A stretch of DNA of 64,000 nt from Acidimicrobiales bacterium. Lineage in GTDB: Bacteria > Actinomycetota > Acidimicrobiia > Acidimicrobiales > AC-9. The stretch is taken from assembly GCA_036270875.1 (NCBI GenBank), contig DATBBR010000051.1:8582-72581 (forward strand). Direction: 5' to 3'. Positions 8,780 through 16,782 of this stretch are shown one piece after another (positions within the stretch are counted from its first letter, which is position 1; each line of letters begins with the position of its first letter). A program made the position numbers and the translations under genes. The notes under the pieces are model-generated. The model made no database searches. It was not told the origin of the DNA and saw only the letters and a list, made by a program, of their open reading frames with translations.

Positions 8780-10183
8780 GTGGAGCGGCTCACCGGCATC
8801 GACGCCGGGTTCTTGTACATGGAGACCCCGACGCTGCACATGCACACCCTGAAGATCTCGATCGTCGACCCCACGACGGTCCCCGGCGGGTACTCGTTCG
8901 CGCGGGTCGGCGAGGTCCTGGGGGAACGGCTCCACCTGGTTCCACCCTTTCGGCGCCGCCTGGTCGAGGTCCCCGGGGGTCTGCACCATCCCCTTTGGGT
9001 CGAGGACCCGGAGTTCGACCTTGCCCACCACCTCCACCGGGCCCAGATCGCCGCTCCCGGCGGCCCCCGCCAGCTGGGCGAGCTGATCTCCGACATCGCC
9101 AGCCGCCAGCTCGACCGGCGCTACCCGCTCTGGGAGCTGTGGGTCGTCGAGGGTATCGAGCACGACCACATCGGCTTCGTCGCCAAGATCCACCACGCCG
9201 TTGCCGACGGGGTGGCCGCAGCGGCCATGCTCGCCAACGTCCTCGAGGCCGAGGCCGACCCCAGGCCGGTCGCTCCGCCTTCGGCCCCGTGGCGGTCCGA
9301 GGCCATCCCGCCGCCCACCGAGCGCCTGGTCGACGGCCTCCGGGACCTTCTCCGCAACCTCGCCAGCCTGCCCGGCCTGCTGCGCAGGACGGTCTCGGGA
9401 CTCGCCGCGGTCATCCGCCGGAGGCGCTCCGGAGCCCTGTCGCCACCCCTGCCGTTCAGCACGCCGCGGACCTCGTTCAACCGGGCGCTGACCCCGAACC
9501 GGTGGTTCGCCATGACGTCGCTCCCACTCGATGAGGTCAAGGCGGTTCGCCGGGCCTTCGATGCCACGGTGAACGACGTGGTCCTGGCGTTGTGCGCCGG
9601 TGCCCTCCGGCGTTACCTCGACGACCGCGGCGAGCTACCCGATCGCCCCCTGCTCGCCGGCGTGCCCGTCTCGGCCGGTACCGCCGACCAGGAGCAGCGC
9701 TTGGGAGGCAACAAGGTCTCCAACCTGTTCACGTCGCTGCGGACCGATATCGCCGACCCGGTCGAGCGCCTGCGGGCCATCCACGACGTCACCCAGGCGG
9801 CCAAGGAGGTGCAGGACGCGTTGGGCAGCGAGCTGCTCATCGACTGGAGCGAGATCACCCCGCCGCGCATCTTCGCGGCCTGGATGCGCCTGTACTCGCG
9901 GCTGCGGCTTGCCGATCGACATCGCCCGCCGATCAACCTGGTTGTCTCCAACGTGCCGGGGCCCCGCCAGCCTCTCCACATCGCCGGAGGGCGCCTGCTC
10001 GACCTGTACTCGATGGGCCCCATCCTCGAGGGGATCGGGCTCAACATCACGGTGTGGAGCTATGTCGACCGCTTGGGGTTCGGCCTGGTCGCATGCCGGG
10101 AGACCATGCCCGACATCTGGGACCTGGCGGACCACCTCCGCGATGCCCTGGCCGAGCTGCTCAAAGCTGCTCAGGCAGCCTGA
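8780..10183 (+). CDS. Wax ester synthase/diacylglycerol acyltransferase (second paralogue)
   Basis: RLTGIDAGFLYMETPTLHMH, HHAVADG, TVNDVVLA and SNVPGP motifs. Confidence 0.93.
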   Translation: MERLTGIDAGFLYMETPTLHMHTLKISIVDPTTVPGGYSFARVGEVLGERLHLVPPFRRRLVEVPGGLHHPLWVEDPEFDLAHHLHRAQIAAPGGPRQLGELISDIASRQLDRRYPLWELWVVEGIEHDHIGFVAKIHHAVADGVAAAAMLANVLEAEADPRPVAPPSAPWRSEAIPPPTERLVDGLRDLLRNLASLPGLLRRTVSGLAAVIRRRRSGALSPPLPFSTPRTSFNRALTPNRWFAMTSLPLDEVKAVRRAFDATVNDVVLALCAGALRRYLDDRGELPDRPLLAGVPVSAGTADQEQRLGGNKVSNLFTSLRTDIADPVERLRAIHDVTQAAKEVQDALGSELLIDWSEITPPRIFAAWMRLYSRLRLADRHRPPINLVVSNVPGPRQPLHIAGGRLLDLYSMGPILEGIGLNITVWSYVDRLGFGLVACRETMPDIWDLADHLRDALAELLKAAQAA

Positions 10184-10689
10184 CGCTCGGCGGCCGGGCG
10201 CCCCCAGATGTCGTTGCACTCCTCGCACACGCTCTCGGGTATGACACCGGCCCGCATCAGCAGGGCGAAGATCTTGCAGCCCAGGCAGTAGCCGAGGAAG
10301 GCCTCGAGGCTCGCCGCCACCAGCAGCCCGCCCATGACGGCGTACGCCGCTCCCCGCAGCCCGAAGCCGAGGGCGAGCACGGCGGCGCTGACGCTGAAGG
10401 CAACGCCCACGGCCTGGGCGAAGCGCTTCGGCGGTCCAGGGACAGGGCGGCCCGGCACGGGGAGGCGAGGCGTGATCGCCCGCGTCACCAGTTGGCCGAG
10501 CGGGCTCAGGCTCGGCCCGGTGAGGGCCCTGGCCACGAAGCCGTAGGCGATGAGGGCGAGGAGCCAAGGCTGGTCGGCTGCGATTGCGACGACGGTCATG
10601 ACGACAACCCCGGCCGCCACGAGGCGGGCCGAGACCTCGTTGACCGGGTTGGGAAAGGAGAACAGCTCACGGAGAGAGGGCAGCGACAT
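10171..10689 (-). CDS. DUF4395-like membrane protein
   Basis: FPNPVNEVSAR, GPPKRFAQAVG and LEAFLGYCLGC segments recognised as DUF4395-like; C-terminal CEEC; start ATG 10689. Confidence 0.75.
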   Translation of the reverse strand: MSLPSLRELFSFPNPVNEVSARLVAAGVVVMTVVAIAADQPWLLALIAYGFVARALTGPSLSPLGQLVTRAITPRLPVPGRPVPGPPKRFAQAVGVAFSVSAAVLALGFGLRGAAYAVMGGLLVAASLEAFLGYCLGCKIFALLMRAGVIPESVCEECNDIWGRPAAERQAA

Positions 10690-10745
10690 TGTCCCCCCTA
10701 CAACACGCAAGGACGGCCCAGGTGTTCCCCGGTACCCTCGTGGCC

Positions 10746-10898
10746 ATGGACCGGCCGAGCATCCGAACCTCCCTCCGCAACTTCGTCGAGTACGACGCTC
10801 CGGTCGGGACCAAGCTGCGGATGGCACTGACCAACAACCTCACGAAGCTGCGCACCCACTCGCAGTGCTGCGGGCACCCCGGCCAGCCCGGGTGTTGA
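10746..10898 (+). CDS. 50-aa protein with Cys-rich C-terminus (CCGHPGQPGC)
   Basis: ATG 10746 lies 7 nt after a TACCCT -10 hexamer (leaderless layout); codon usage is typical of coding sequence; divergent from the DUF4395-like gene. Confidence 0.65.
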   Translation: MDRPSIRTSLRNFVEYDAPVGTKLRMALTNNLTKLRTHSQCCGHPGQPGC

Positions 10899-10942
10899 CA
10901 GGGGGCTCCGGGACCCCGTGAGGGTCCAGGGCATCATCACCA

Positions 10943-11377
10943 CTAGCCCTGCTCGGGCGTGAAGTAGGGCGCGATCACCTCGCGATCGATGCCGGGGAAC
11001 GACAGCGGCCGGAACACGACCCTCACCGGCAGGTCGACGCTGAGATGCGTCGGATCGCAGTCGACGATCCTGGTGACGATGCGCACCGCCGGGTCCTCGT
11101 CGAGGGCAACCAGCGCGGGCACGTAGGGCACCTCGGCCGAGAACTGCGGCAGGAAGGCGTGGCGCACGACGGTCCATGCGAACAGCTGGCCCCGCCCGCT
11201 CATCGTCGTCCACGTAAACGAAGAGTGCCCACAGGCCGGGCACGACTGCGCCGGGTACCACGCGTAGGCGCCGCAGGCGCGGCAGCGGGGGACGGCGAGC
11301 TCCCCCCGGGCGGCCGCCGCCCAGTACTCGCGTGTCGGCTCCCACTCGGTGTCGGGGAGAGGGAAGTCCGGGCGCAT
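10943..11377 (-). CDS. Zn-ribbon/OB-fold protein (DUF35 type, thiolase partner)
   Basis: CRACG-x9-SCPACG Zn ribbon followed by an OB fold (TVVRHAF...PYVPALVALDE); directly downstream of a thiolase-like gene. Confidence 0.88.
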   Translation of the reverse strand: MRPDFPLPDTEWEPTREYWAAAARGELAVPRCRACGAYAWYPAQSCPACGHSSFTWTTMSGRGQLFAWTVVRHAFLPQFSAEVPYVPALVALDEDPAVRIVTRIVDCDPTHLSVDLPVRVVFRPLSFPGIDREVIAPYFTPEQG

Positions 11378-11384
11378 CAGCGTG

Positions 11385-12596
11385 TCATGCCCGCCGGAGC
11401 ACGACGGTGGACGCCTGGGGACCGGTGTAGCCGCCGTAAACGCCCACCGCGGCATCGGGCACCTGGGCCGCCGCCTGGCCCCGAAGCTGGCGGACGACCT
11501 CTACCACGTGGGCGATACCGAGCACGTAGGCGTGTGACAGGAGACCGCCATGGGTGTTGTAGGGCAGCCCGCCGCCGTCGTGATCGAGGGCCTTTCCTTC
11601 CACGAAGGGCCCGCCCTCGCCCTTGGCACAGAAGCCCATGTCCTCGATCTGCATTATGGCGTGGATGGTGAAGGGGTCGTAGAGGGTCAGCACGTCGACG
11701 TCGGCGGGAGCCACTCCCGCCATCGAGAACGCTCCGGGGGCGGCGAACACCTGCGGCGTCGACGTGAACGCCCGCTGCTCGGCCCAGTGGACACCGGTAT
11801 CGGAGTTGCCCAGCCCGACGCCCGCCACCTCGACCAGGGGTTGGCGGAGGTCCCTGGCCCGATCGGACGCGGACATGATGTAGGCGCCGCCGCCGTCGGA
11901 GATGAGACAGCAGTCCTCTTTGCGGAACGGGTCCACGATCGTCGGCGACGCCAGGTAGGCCTCGAGAGTGAGCGGACGTCCGTGCATGACGGCGCTGGGC
12001 GTGAGGTTGGCGTGGCGCCGGCAGGCCACGGCCACCGCGCCCAGCTGCTCCTGGGTGGTGCCGAACTCGTGCATGTGACGCTGGGCGATAGTGGCGAAGT
12101 AGACCGGCTGTGGAAACCACCCGAACGGCACCTCCAGGCTCTGCTTGAACAGCTCCTGGGCGTGGGACTCGCCCGGTCCGCCGACCATCTCCGACCGGCG
12201 GGTCGCCCAGGCCACGGCGAAGGTGTTCAGCACGTGGCGGGCGCGGCCCTCGCGAATGGCGAGTGCGGCCTCGTGGGCCGCCGTCGCCGCCCACACCATG
12301 CCGCCACCTCGCTTCGACACCCACATCTCCTGCGAGGTCCCGAAGTGGCGGTGGAAGGCGTCCTCGTCGAGCTGGTCGCCCGCGAACGGGGCGTACATGA
12401 TGCCGTCGATGTCGGAAGGAAGCAGACCTGCGTCATCGAGCGCCCGTTCGACGGCCTGGGCCGCGATCTGTCCGCTGGTCCGGCCCGACGCCCGGGTGTG
12501 GTCGGACTCGCCTACGCCGACGACCGCGATCTCGCCGCTGACGTCCTCGTAGGTGGTGGCGTGGCCCCAGTCCGGGGCAGGGTGCGGCACGGTCAC
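11385..12596 (-). CDS. SCP-x-type thiolase / lipid-transfer protein (Ltp-like)
   Basis: IAVVGVGES, DCCLISDGG, LYDPFT and NTHGGLLSH motifs; GTG 12596 overlaps the upstream stop (GTGA). Confidence 0.88.
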   Translation of the reverse strand: MTVPHPAPDWGHATTYEDVSGEIAVVGVGESDHTRASGRTSGQIAAQAVERALDDAGLLPSDIDGIMYAPFAGDQLDEDAFHRHFGTSQEMWVSKRGGGMVWAATAAHEAALAIREGRARHVLNTFAVAWATRRSEMVGGPGESHAQELFKQSLEVPFGWFPQPVYFATIAQRHMHEFGTTQEQLGAVAVACRRHANLTPSAVMHGRPLTLEAYLASPTIVDPFRKEDCCLISDGGGAYIMSASDRARDLRQPLVEVAGVGLGNSDTGVHWAEQRAFTSTPQVFAAPGAFSMAGVAPADVDVLTLYDPFTIHAIMQIEDMGFCAKGEGGPFVEGKALDHDGGGLPYNTHGGLLSHAYVLGIAHVVEVVRQLRGQAAAQVPDAAVGVYGGYTGPQASTVVLRRA

Positions 12597-14956
12597 ACCC
12601 CGACCGGGCGGTCGCCGATGATCCCGTCGGACCGCAGCGCCTCGATCTCGTCGTCGCCCAGGCCGAGCACGACGCGCAGCACCTCCTCGTTGTGCTGCCC
12701 GAGCGTGGGCGGTGGCGATCGCAGCCAGGCGCCTTCTCGATCGCTCAGACGAAAGGGAAGTCCCGGCAGATCGTGGGTGCCCACCACTGGGTGGTCGACG
12801 GTCTCGAAGAAGCCCCGCGCCCGCATCTGCGGATTGTGCGCAATGTCGCGTGGGGCCACAACCGGCGCCGCCGGAACCCCGTGGTCGGCCAGGAGCTCGA
12901 TGAGGGGATCCCGGTCCCGGTCGGCGCACCATCGGGCCAGCGCCTCATCGAGCCGGTCGTGAGCGCCCCGCCGGCCCGCCGCCCGGGCCAGGGCCGGATC
13001 GGCCGCCCAGTCGGGATCACCGAGCGAACGGCGCAGGCCCAGCCACTGCTCGTCGGTGGCCGCGGCCAGGGCGACCCACTGCTCGTCGCCGCGACACGCG
13101 TAGACGCCCTGCGGGGCGGCTACCGGGCCGCGGTTGCCGTCCCGATGCAGCACCGCTCCGTACGCGGATCGCTCGACCACCTGCTCGGCGGCAGCGTTGA
13201 GGGCCGCCTCGACCATGGTCATCTCGACCATCGTGCCGTTGCCGGTCCGCTGGCGCTCGTCCAGGGCGACCAGCAGGGCCAGCACCGCGTGCATGCCCGC
13301 CATGGGGTCGCAGGTCCCTCGTGGGATGAGCGGTGGTCCGTCGGCGAGCCCGGTCACCCAGGCCATGCCGCTGACCTGTTCCATGGTCTGGGCGAAGCCG
13401 GTGCGGTCCCGCCAGGGGCCGCTGAGCCCGAAGGCGGGCATCCGCACCAGGATCGCTCGCGGGTTGGCGGCCGCCACGGCCTCCCAGTCCAGGCCGAAGC
13501 CCTCCATGACCCGCGGCGAGAAGTTCTCCACCACGGCGTCGGCCCAGGCGACCAGGCCCTTGGCCAACTGGAGGCCTTCGGGCCGGGTCATGTCCAGGGT
13601 AACGCCGCGCTTGCCCGCGTTGGCGCCGTTGAACACCGGCCCCCACTCCCACCAGCGGTCGGTCGTGGGGCGCGCCGTCGTCGTGAAGCGCATGCCGTCC
13701 GGTCGCTGGATCGACTCCACCTTGATCACGTCGGCGCCGAGGGCGGCCAGCATGTGGGTGGCCGCCGGCCCCGCCCAGAACGCGGTGAAGTCGAGCACCC
13801 GCACGCCCTCCAACGGGAGCGGGTCGGGCGTGGATTCGAGGCCCGGCTCCTCGCCGCTCCGCGGGCCCCACGCCACCTGTCCCGTGTGCTCGCCGAGCGT
13901 CGGTGCGGGGCCGAAAGCAACCCGAGGTGTGTCGCCGATCCGGTAGGGAACCCTCGGCTGGACGAAATCGGCGCCCGGGTTGTTCACGAACGCGCCCCGC
14001 TCCCTGAAGTGCTCGAAGCCGGTGACCGTGTCGCCCGTGCCGATCGGCGCCACTGGTATCCGCAGAAGGGTGGCGAGCTCGATGATCTCCTCGGTGGTGC
14101 GGCCCCGGGTCCAGGGGTGCACGGCGTCCAGGAACTCCCGCATGCGCCGGGTGCGCCCCGGAGCAGACGCCAGGTCCCGGTCGTCCAGGAGGTCGGGACG
14201 CTCGATGAGGATGAGGAAGTCACGGAACTGCTGACCGGTGATCGTGCAGAATCCGACGTAGCCGTCCGCCGTCGGCTCGATGGACGGGAGCTCGACCGTC
14301 CGGGCCGGACCCGCCGCCGGCTTCCAGCCCGTGAAGCTGGCGAACAGGGGCGCGTAGGTGTTCATCGACATGCACATGCACTCGAGCAGCGAGAGGTCGA
14401 CGTGCTCGCCCCGTCCGCGCCGGCGGCCGCGGGCGACACCCGCCATGGCGGCGACGGCCGCGTAGGCGCCACCCACCCACTCGCCCAGGCGTCCCCCGGC
14501 GTACAGGGGAGGCCCGTCGGGGACGCCCCGGCCGCCGGTCGAGCCGCACCACGCCTGCAGAGTGAACTCCGTGGCGGGCCGCTCCGACCAGGGGCCCCGG
14601 CGGCCGAAGGGGGAGATGGACAGCACGGTGAGGCCGGGATTCGCGTCGTGCAGCGCCTCGACGTCGACGGCGCCAGGCGCCGCGCTCTCGACCACGAGGT
14701 CGGCCGCGCCGACCAGCTCGTCGACGGCGCTGTCCCCGAGCGCGCCGATGACCGAGCGCTTGGAGGTGTTGAGAAAGCGGAACAGTGCCCCGTCGTCGTC
14801 CCCGAGCTTGGCTCCCGATGCCGTCCAGGAGCGCATCGGATCACCGTCGCCCGTCTCGACCTTCACCACGTCGGCGCCGGCGTCGGCCAGCAGCTTGGAG
14901 CAGTACGGTCCGGCGATCTCGGTGGACAGGTCGACGACCCGTAGGCCTCTGATCAA
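12593..14956 (-). CDS. Class III CoA-transferase with two fused CaiB/BaiF domains
   Basis: Two copies of V(V/L)D(L/F)...AGP...LGADV(V/I)KVE...GD and RPDLLDDR/DPDW segments; TTG start. Confidence 0.9.
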   Translation of the reverse strand: MIRGLRVVDLSTEIAGPYCSKLLADAGADVVKVETGDGDPMRSWTASGAKLGDDDGALFRFLNTSKRSVIGALGDSAVDELVGAADLVVESAAPGAVDVEALHDANPGLTVLSISPFGRRGPWSERPATEFTLQAWCGSTGGRGVPDGPPLYAGGRLGEWVGGAYAAVAAMAGVARGRRRGRGEHVDLSLLECMCMSMNTYAPLFASFTGWKPAAGPARTVELPSIEPTADGYVGFCTITGQQFRDFLILIERPDLLDDRDLASAPGRTRRMREFLDAVHPWTRGRTTEEIIELATLLRIPVAPIGTGDTVTGFEHFRERGAFVNNPGADFVQPRVPYRIGDTPRVAFGPAPTLGEHTGQVAWGPRSGEEPGLESTPDPLPLEGVRVLDFTAFWAGPAATHMLAALGADVIKVESIQRPDGMRFTTTARPTTDRWWEWGPVFNGANAGKRGVTLDMTRPEGLQLAKGLVAWADAVVENFSPRVMEGFGLDWEAVAAANPRAILVRMPAFGLSGPWRDRTGFAQTMEQVSGMAWVTGLADGPPLIPRGTCDPMAGMHAVLALLVALDERQRTGNGTMVEMTMVEAALNAAAEQVVERSAYGAVLHRDGNRGPVAAPQGVYACRGDEQWVALAAATDEQWLGLRRSLGDPDWAADPALARAAGRRGAHDRLDEALARWCADRDRDPLIELLADHGVPAAPVVAPRDIAHNPQMRARGFFETVDHPVVGTHDLPGLPFRLSDREGAWLRSPPPTLGQHNEEVLRVVLGLGDDEIEALRSDGIIGDRPVGV

Positions 14957-14961
14957 CGTGA

Positions 14962-16029
14962 CTAGGCGAGGCCGTAGAAGCGCTGGGCGTTCGCTCCCGC
15001 GATCTTGGCCCGGTCCTCGTCGCTGATGTCGCCTCGGCTGCGGAGATGCTTGGTGCTCTCGGGCCAGTCACCGTCCCAGTGGGGATAGTCGCTGGCGAAC
15101 ATCACGAAGTCGGCGCCGAGGACGTCGATCACTCCCGGGAGGATCGGCTCGTCCGGTTCGCAGGTGACGAAGACATTGCCCGCGCGCAGGTACTCGTTGG
15201 GATCGCGCGTCCAGCCTCCGGGGATCCAGTCCCCGCGCTTTTCGTAGTGCTCGTGCATCCGGTCCAGGAAGTAGGGCACCCATCCCACACCGGCTTCGAG
15301 GAAGGCCACCCGCAGGCCGGGGTGGCGGTCGAAGACGCCCCCGCTCACGAGCGCGGTCATGGCCGTCATCTGGTCGAACGGGAAGCTGATGCAGTGGACC
15401 TGGATGTAGTTGTCGAACCGGTCGACTCCGATCTTGGGCAAGTGGATCCCAGGTGCCCCGTGCACTGCCAGCGGCATGCCGAGATCCTCCGCCGCCGCGT
15501 AGAAGGGGTCGAGATCGGGATGGTCGAGGTTTCGGGTCTTGAGGGCGGGAGGGATCATCGTGGCCACCAGGCCGGCGTCCTTGGCCGCGGTCATCACCTC
15601 GACAGCGGTCTCGGGCCACTCGATCGGGGCCACGGCCACACCGTGCAGCCGCCCGCCGCCCTCGGCGCACCACCCGGCCAGCCACTCGTTGTAGAAGCTG
15701 GCGAAGCCGGCGGCGAAGCCCGGGTCCTCGAGACTTGGCGCGCACAGCCCGAAGCTCGGGAACAGGACCATGGTGTCGATGCCGTCGCGGTCGGCGTCGG
15801 CCAGCACCCCGTCGACGGTGTGGGGGTTGATGCCCGGTGCCCGGCTCAGCCCGTGCTCAGGCGGGCATCCCGCGCCGGGACCCTCCGGCTCGGGATAGTT
15901 GCGCCCCTCGATGGTGAGCGCCCGACGGCCGTCGGTGCGCACCGCCAGGTGATCGGGCCACCGCTCGAGCACCGCTCGACCCAGCGAGGTGCCCTCGGCC
16001 ACGTGGGCATCGGCATCGACGAATATCAT
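14962..16029 (-). CDS. Amidohydrolase (Amidohydro_2 family)
   Basis: DADAHVAE metal motif, LAVHG, FLEAGVGW and FASDYPHWD. Confidence 0.88.
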   Translation of the reverse strand: MIFVDADAHVAEGTSLGRAVLERWPDHLAVRTDGRRALTIEGRNYPEPEGPGAGCPPEHGLSRAPGINPHTVDGVLADADRDGIDTMVLFPSFGLCAPSLEDPGFAAGFASFYNEWLAGWCAEGGGRLHGVAVAPIEWPETAVEVMTAAKDAGLVATMIPPALKTRNLDHPDLDPFYAAAEDLGMPLAVHGAPGIHLPKIGVDRFDNYIQVHCISFPFDQMTAMTALVSGGVFDRHPGLRVAFLEAGVGWVPYFLDRMHEHYEKRGDWIPGGWTRDPNEYLRAGNVFVTCEPDEPILPGVIDVLGADFVMFASDYPHWDGDWPESTKHLRSRGDISDEDRAKIAGANAQRFYGLA

Positions 16030-16062
16030 CTGCAGCTCCCGTCGCGCGGCGTCGGAGGACAG

Positions 16063-16770
16063 TCAATCACGCGGGGCCGGGTCGGACGCCAGCTCTCGAG
16101 CCTCGGGCTCACCCTCTTCGAACGGCAGGCAGATCCGGCACGGGGAACGGCCCCTGGCACCGGCCCGCACGGACCGAAGCTCCTGTGCGGGGCGGTCGGC
16201 GACCACCAGGCAGTCCCGCCGGTGGTAGAGGGAGCCGCTGGTGGTGGCGACGAACTCCGGCCGCGTCGAGGACAGCGGCGCCCGAGCCGGGGCGGACGCT
16301 GTGGCCCGCGCCGGTGCCGTCGAGCCGTTGGCGAGATGGCCCTCGATCCGCTCGAGCGCCTCGAGGAGCTGATGGCTCTGGTGGCGTTCGTCGGACACCA
16401 GGCGGGCGAGCCAGTAGCCGAAGTAGGAGAACCCCCCTGCGACCACGAGCACCAGACCGAAGAGCCCGCCCGAGATCATGTAGGGGATCTGCTCGAACAG
16501 CCGGCCCGTGTGGGAGGCGCCGAACCATCCCAGGATGACCAGGATGCCGCCTAGGGGAACCATGACGCTGCCGGCGACGAGCAGCCAGCGCTCGGTCGCC
16601 ACCAACTTGGTCCGCCGGCGCAGCCGGGCCAGGCTGTCGGCCAGGCGGGCCTGCTGGCCGTCGATCCGGTCAGCAGGGCCGGATGGAGCGGGGTCGGGGC
16701 CCGGTGTCCGGGGCTCGGGGGCGCCGCGCCCACTCTGATGGGCCGAGGGTGAAGGAATGGTCGTCGCCAT
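16063..16770 (-). CDS. Membrane protein of unknown function with C-terminal His/Cys motif
   Basis: Two hydrophobic segments (WLLVAGSVMVPLGGILVILGW; QIPYMISGGLFGLVLVVAGGF) and YHRRDC...PCRIC; last gene of the ABC operon. Confidence 0.7.
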   Translation of the reverse strand: MATTIPSPSAHQSGRGAPEPRTPGPDPAPSGPADRIDGQQARLADSLARLRRRTKLVATERWLLVAGSVMVPLGGILVILGWFGASHTGRLFEQIPYMISGGLFGLVLVVAGGFSYFGYWLARLVSDERHQSHQLLEALERIEGHLANGSTAPARATASAPARAPLSSTRPEFVATTSGSLYHRRDCLVVADRPAQELRSVRAGARGRSPCRICLPFEEGEPEARELASDPAPRD

Positions 16771-16782
16771 GGCTGGCTCCTG

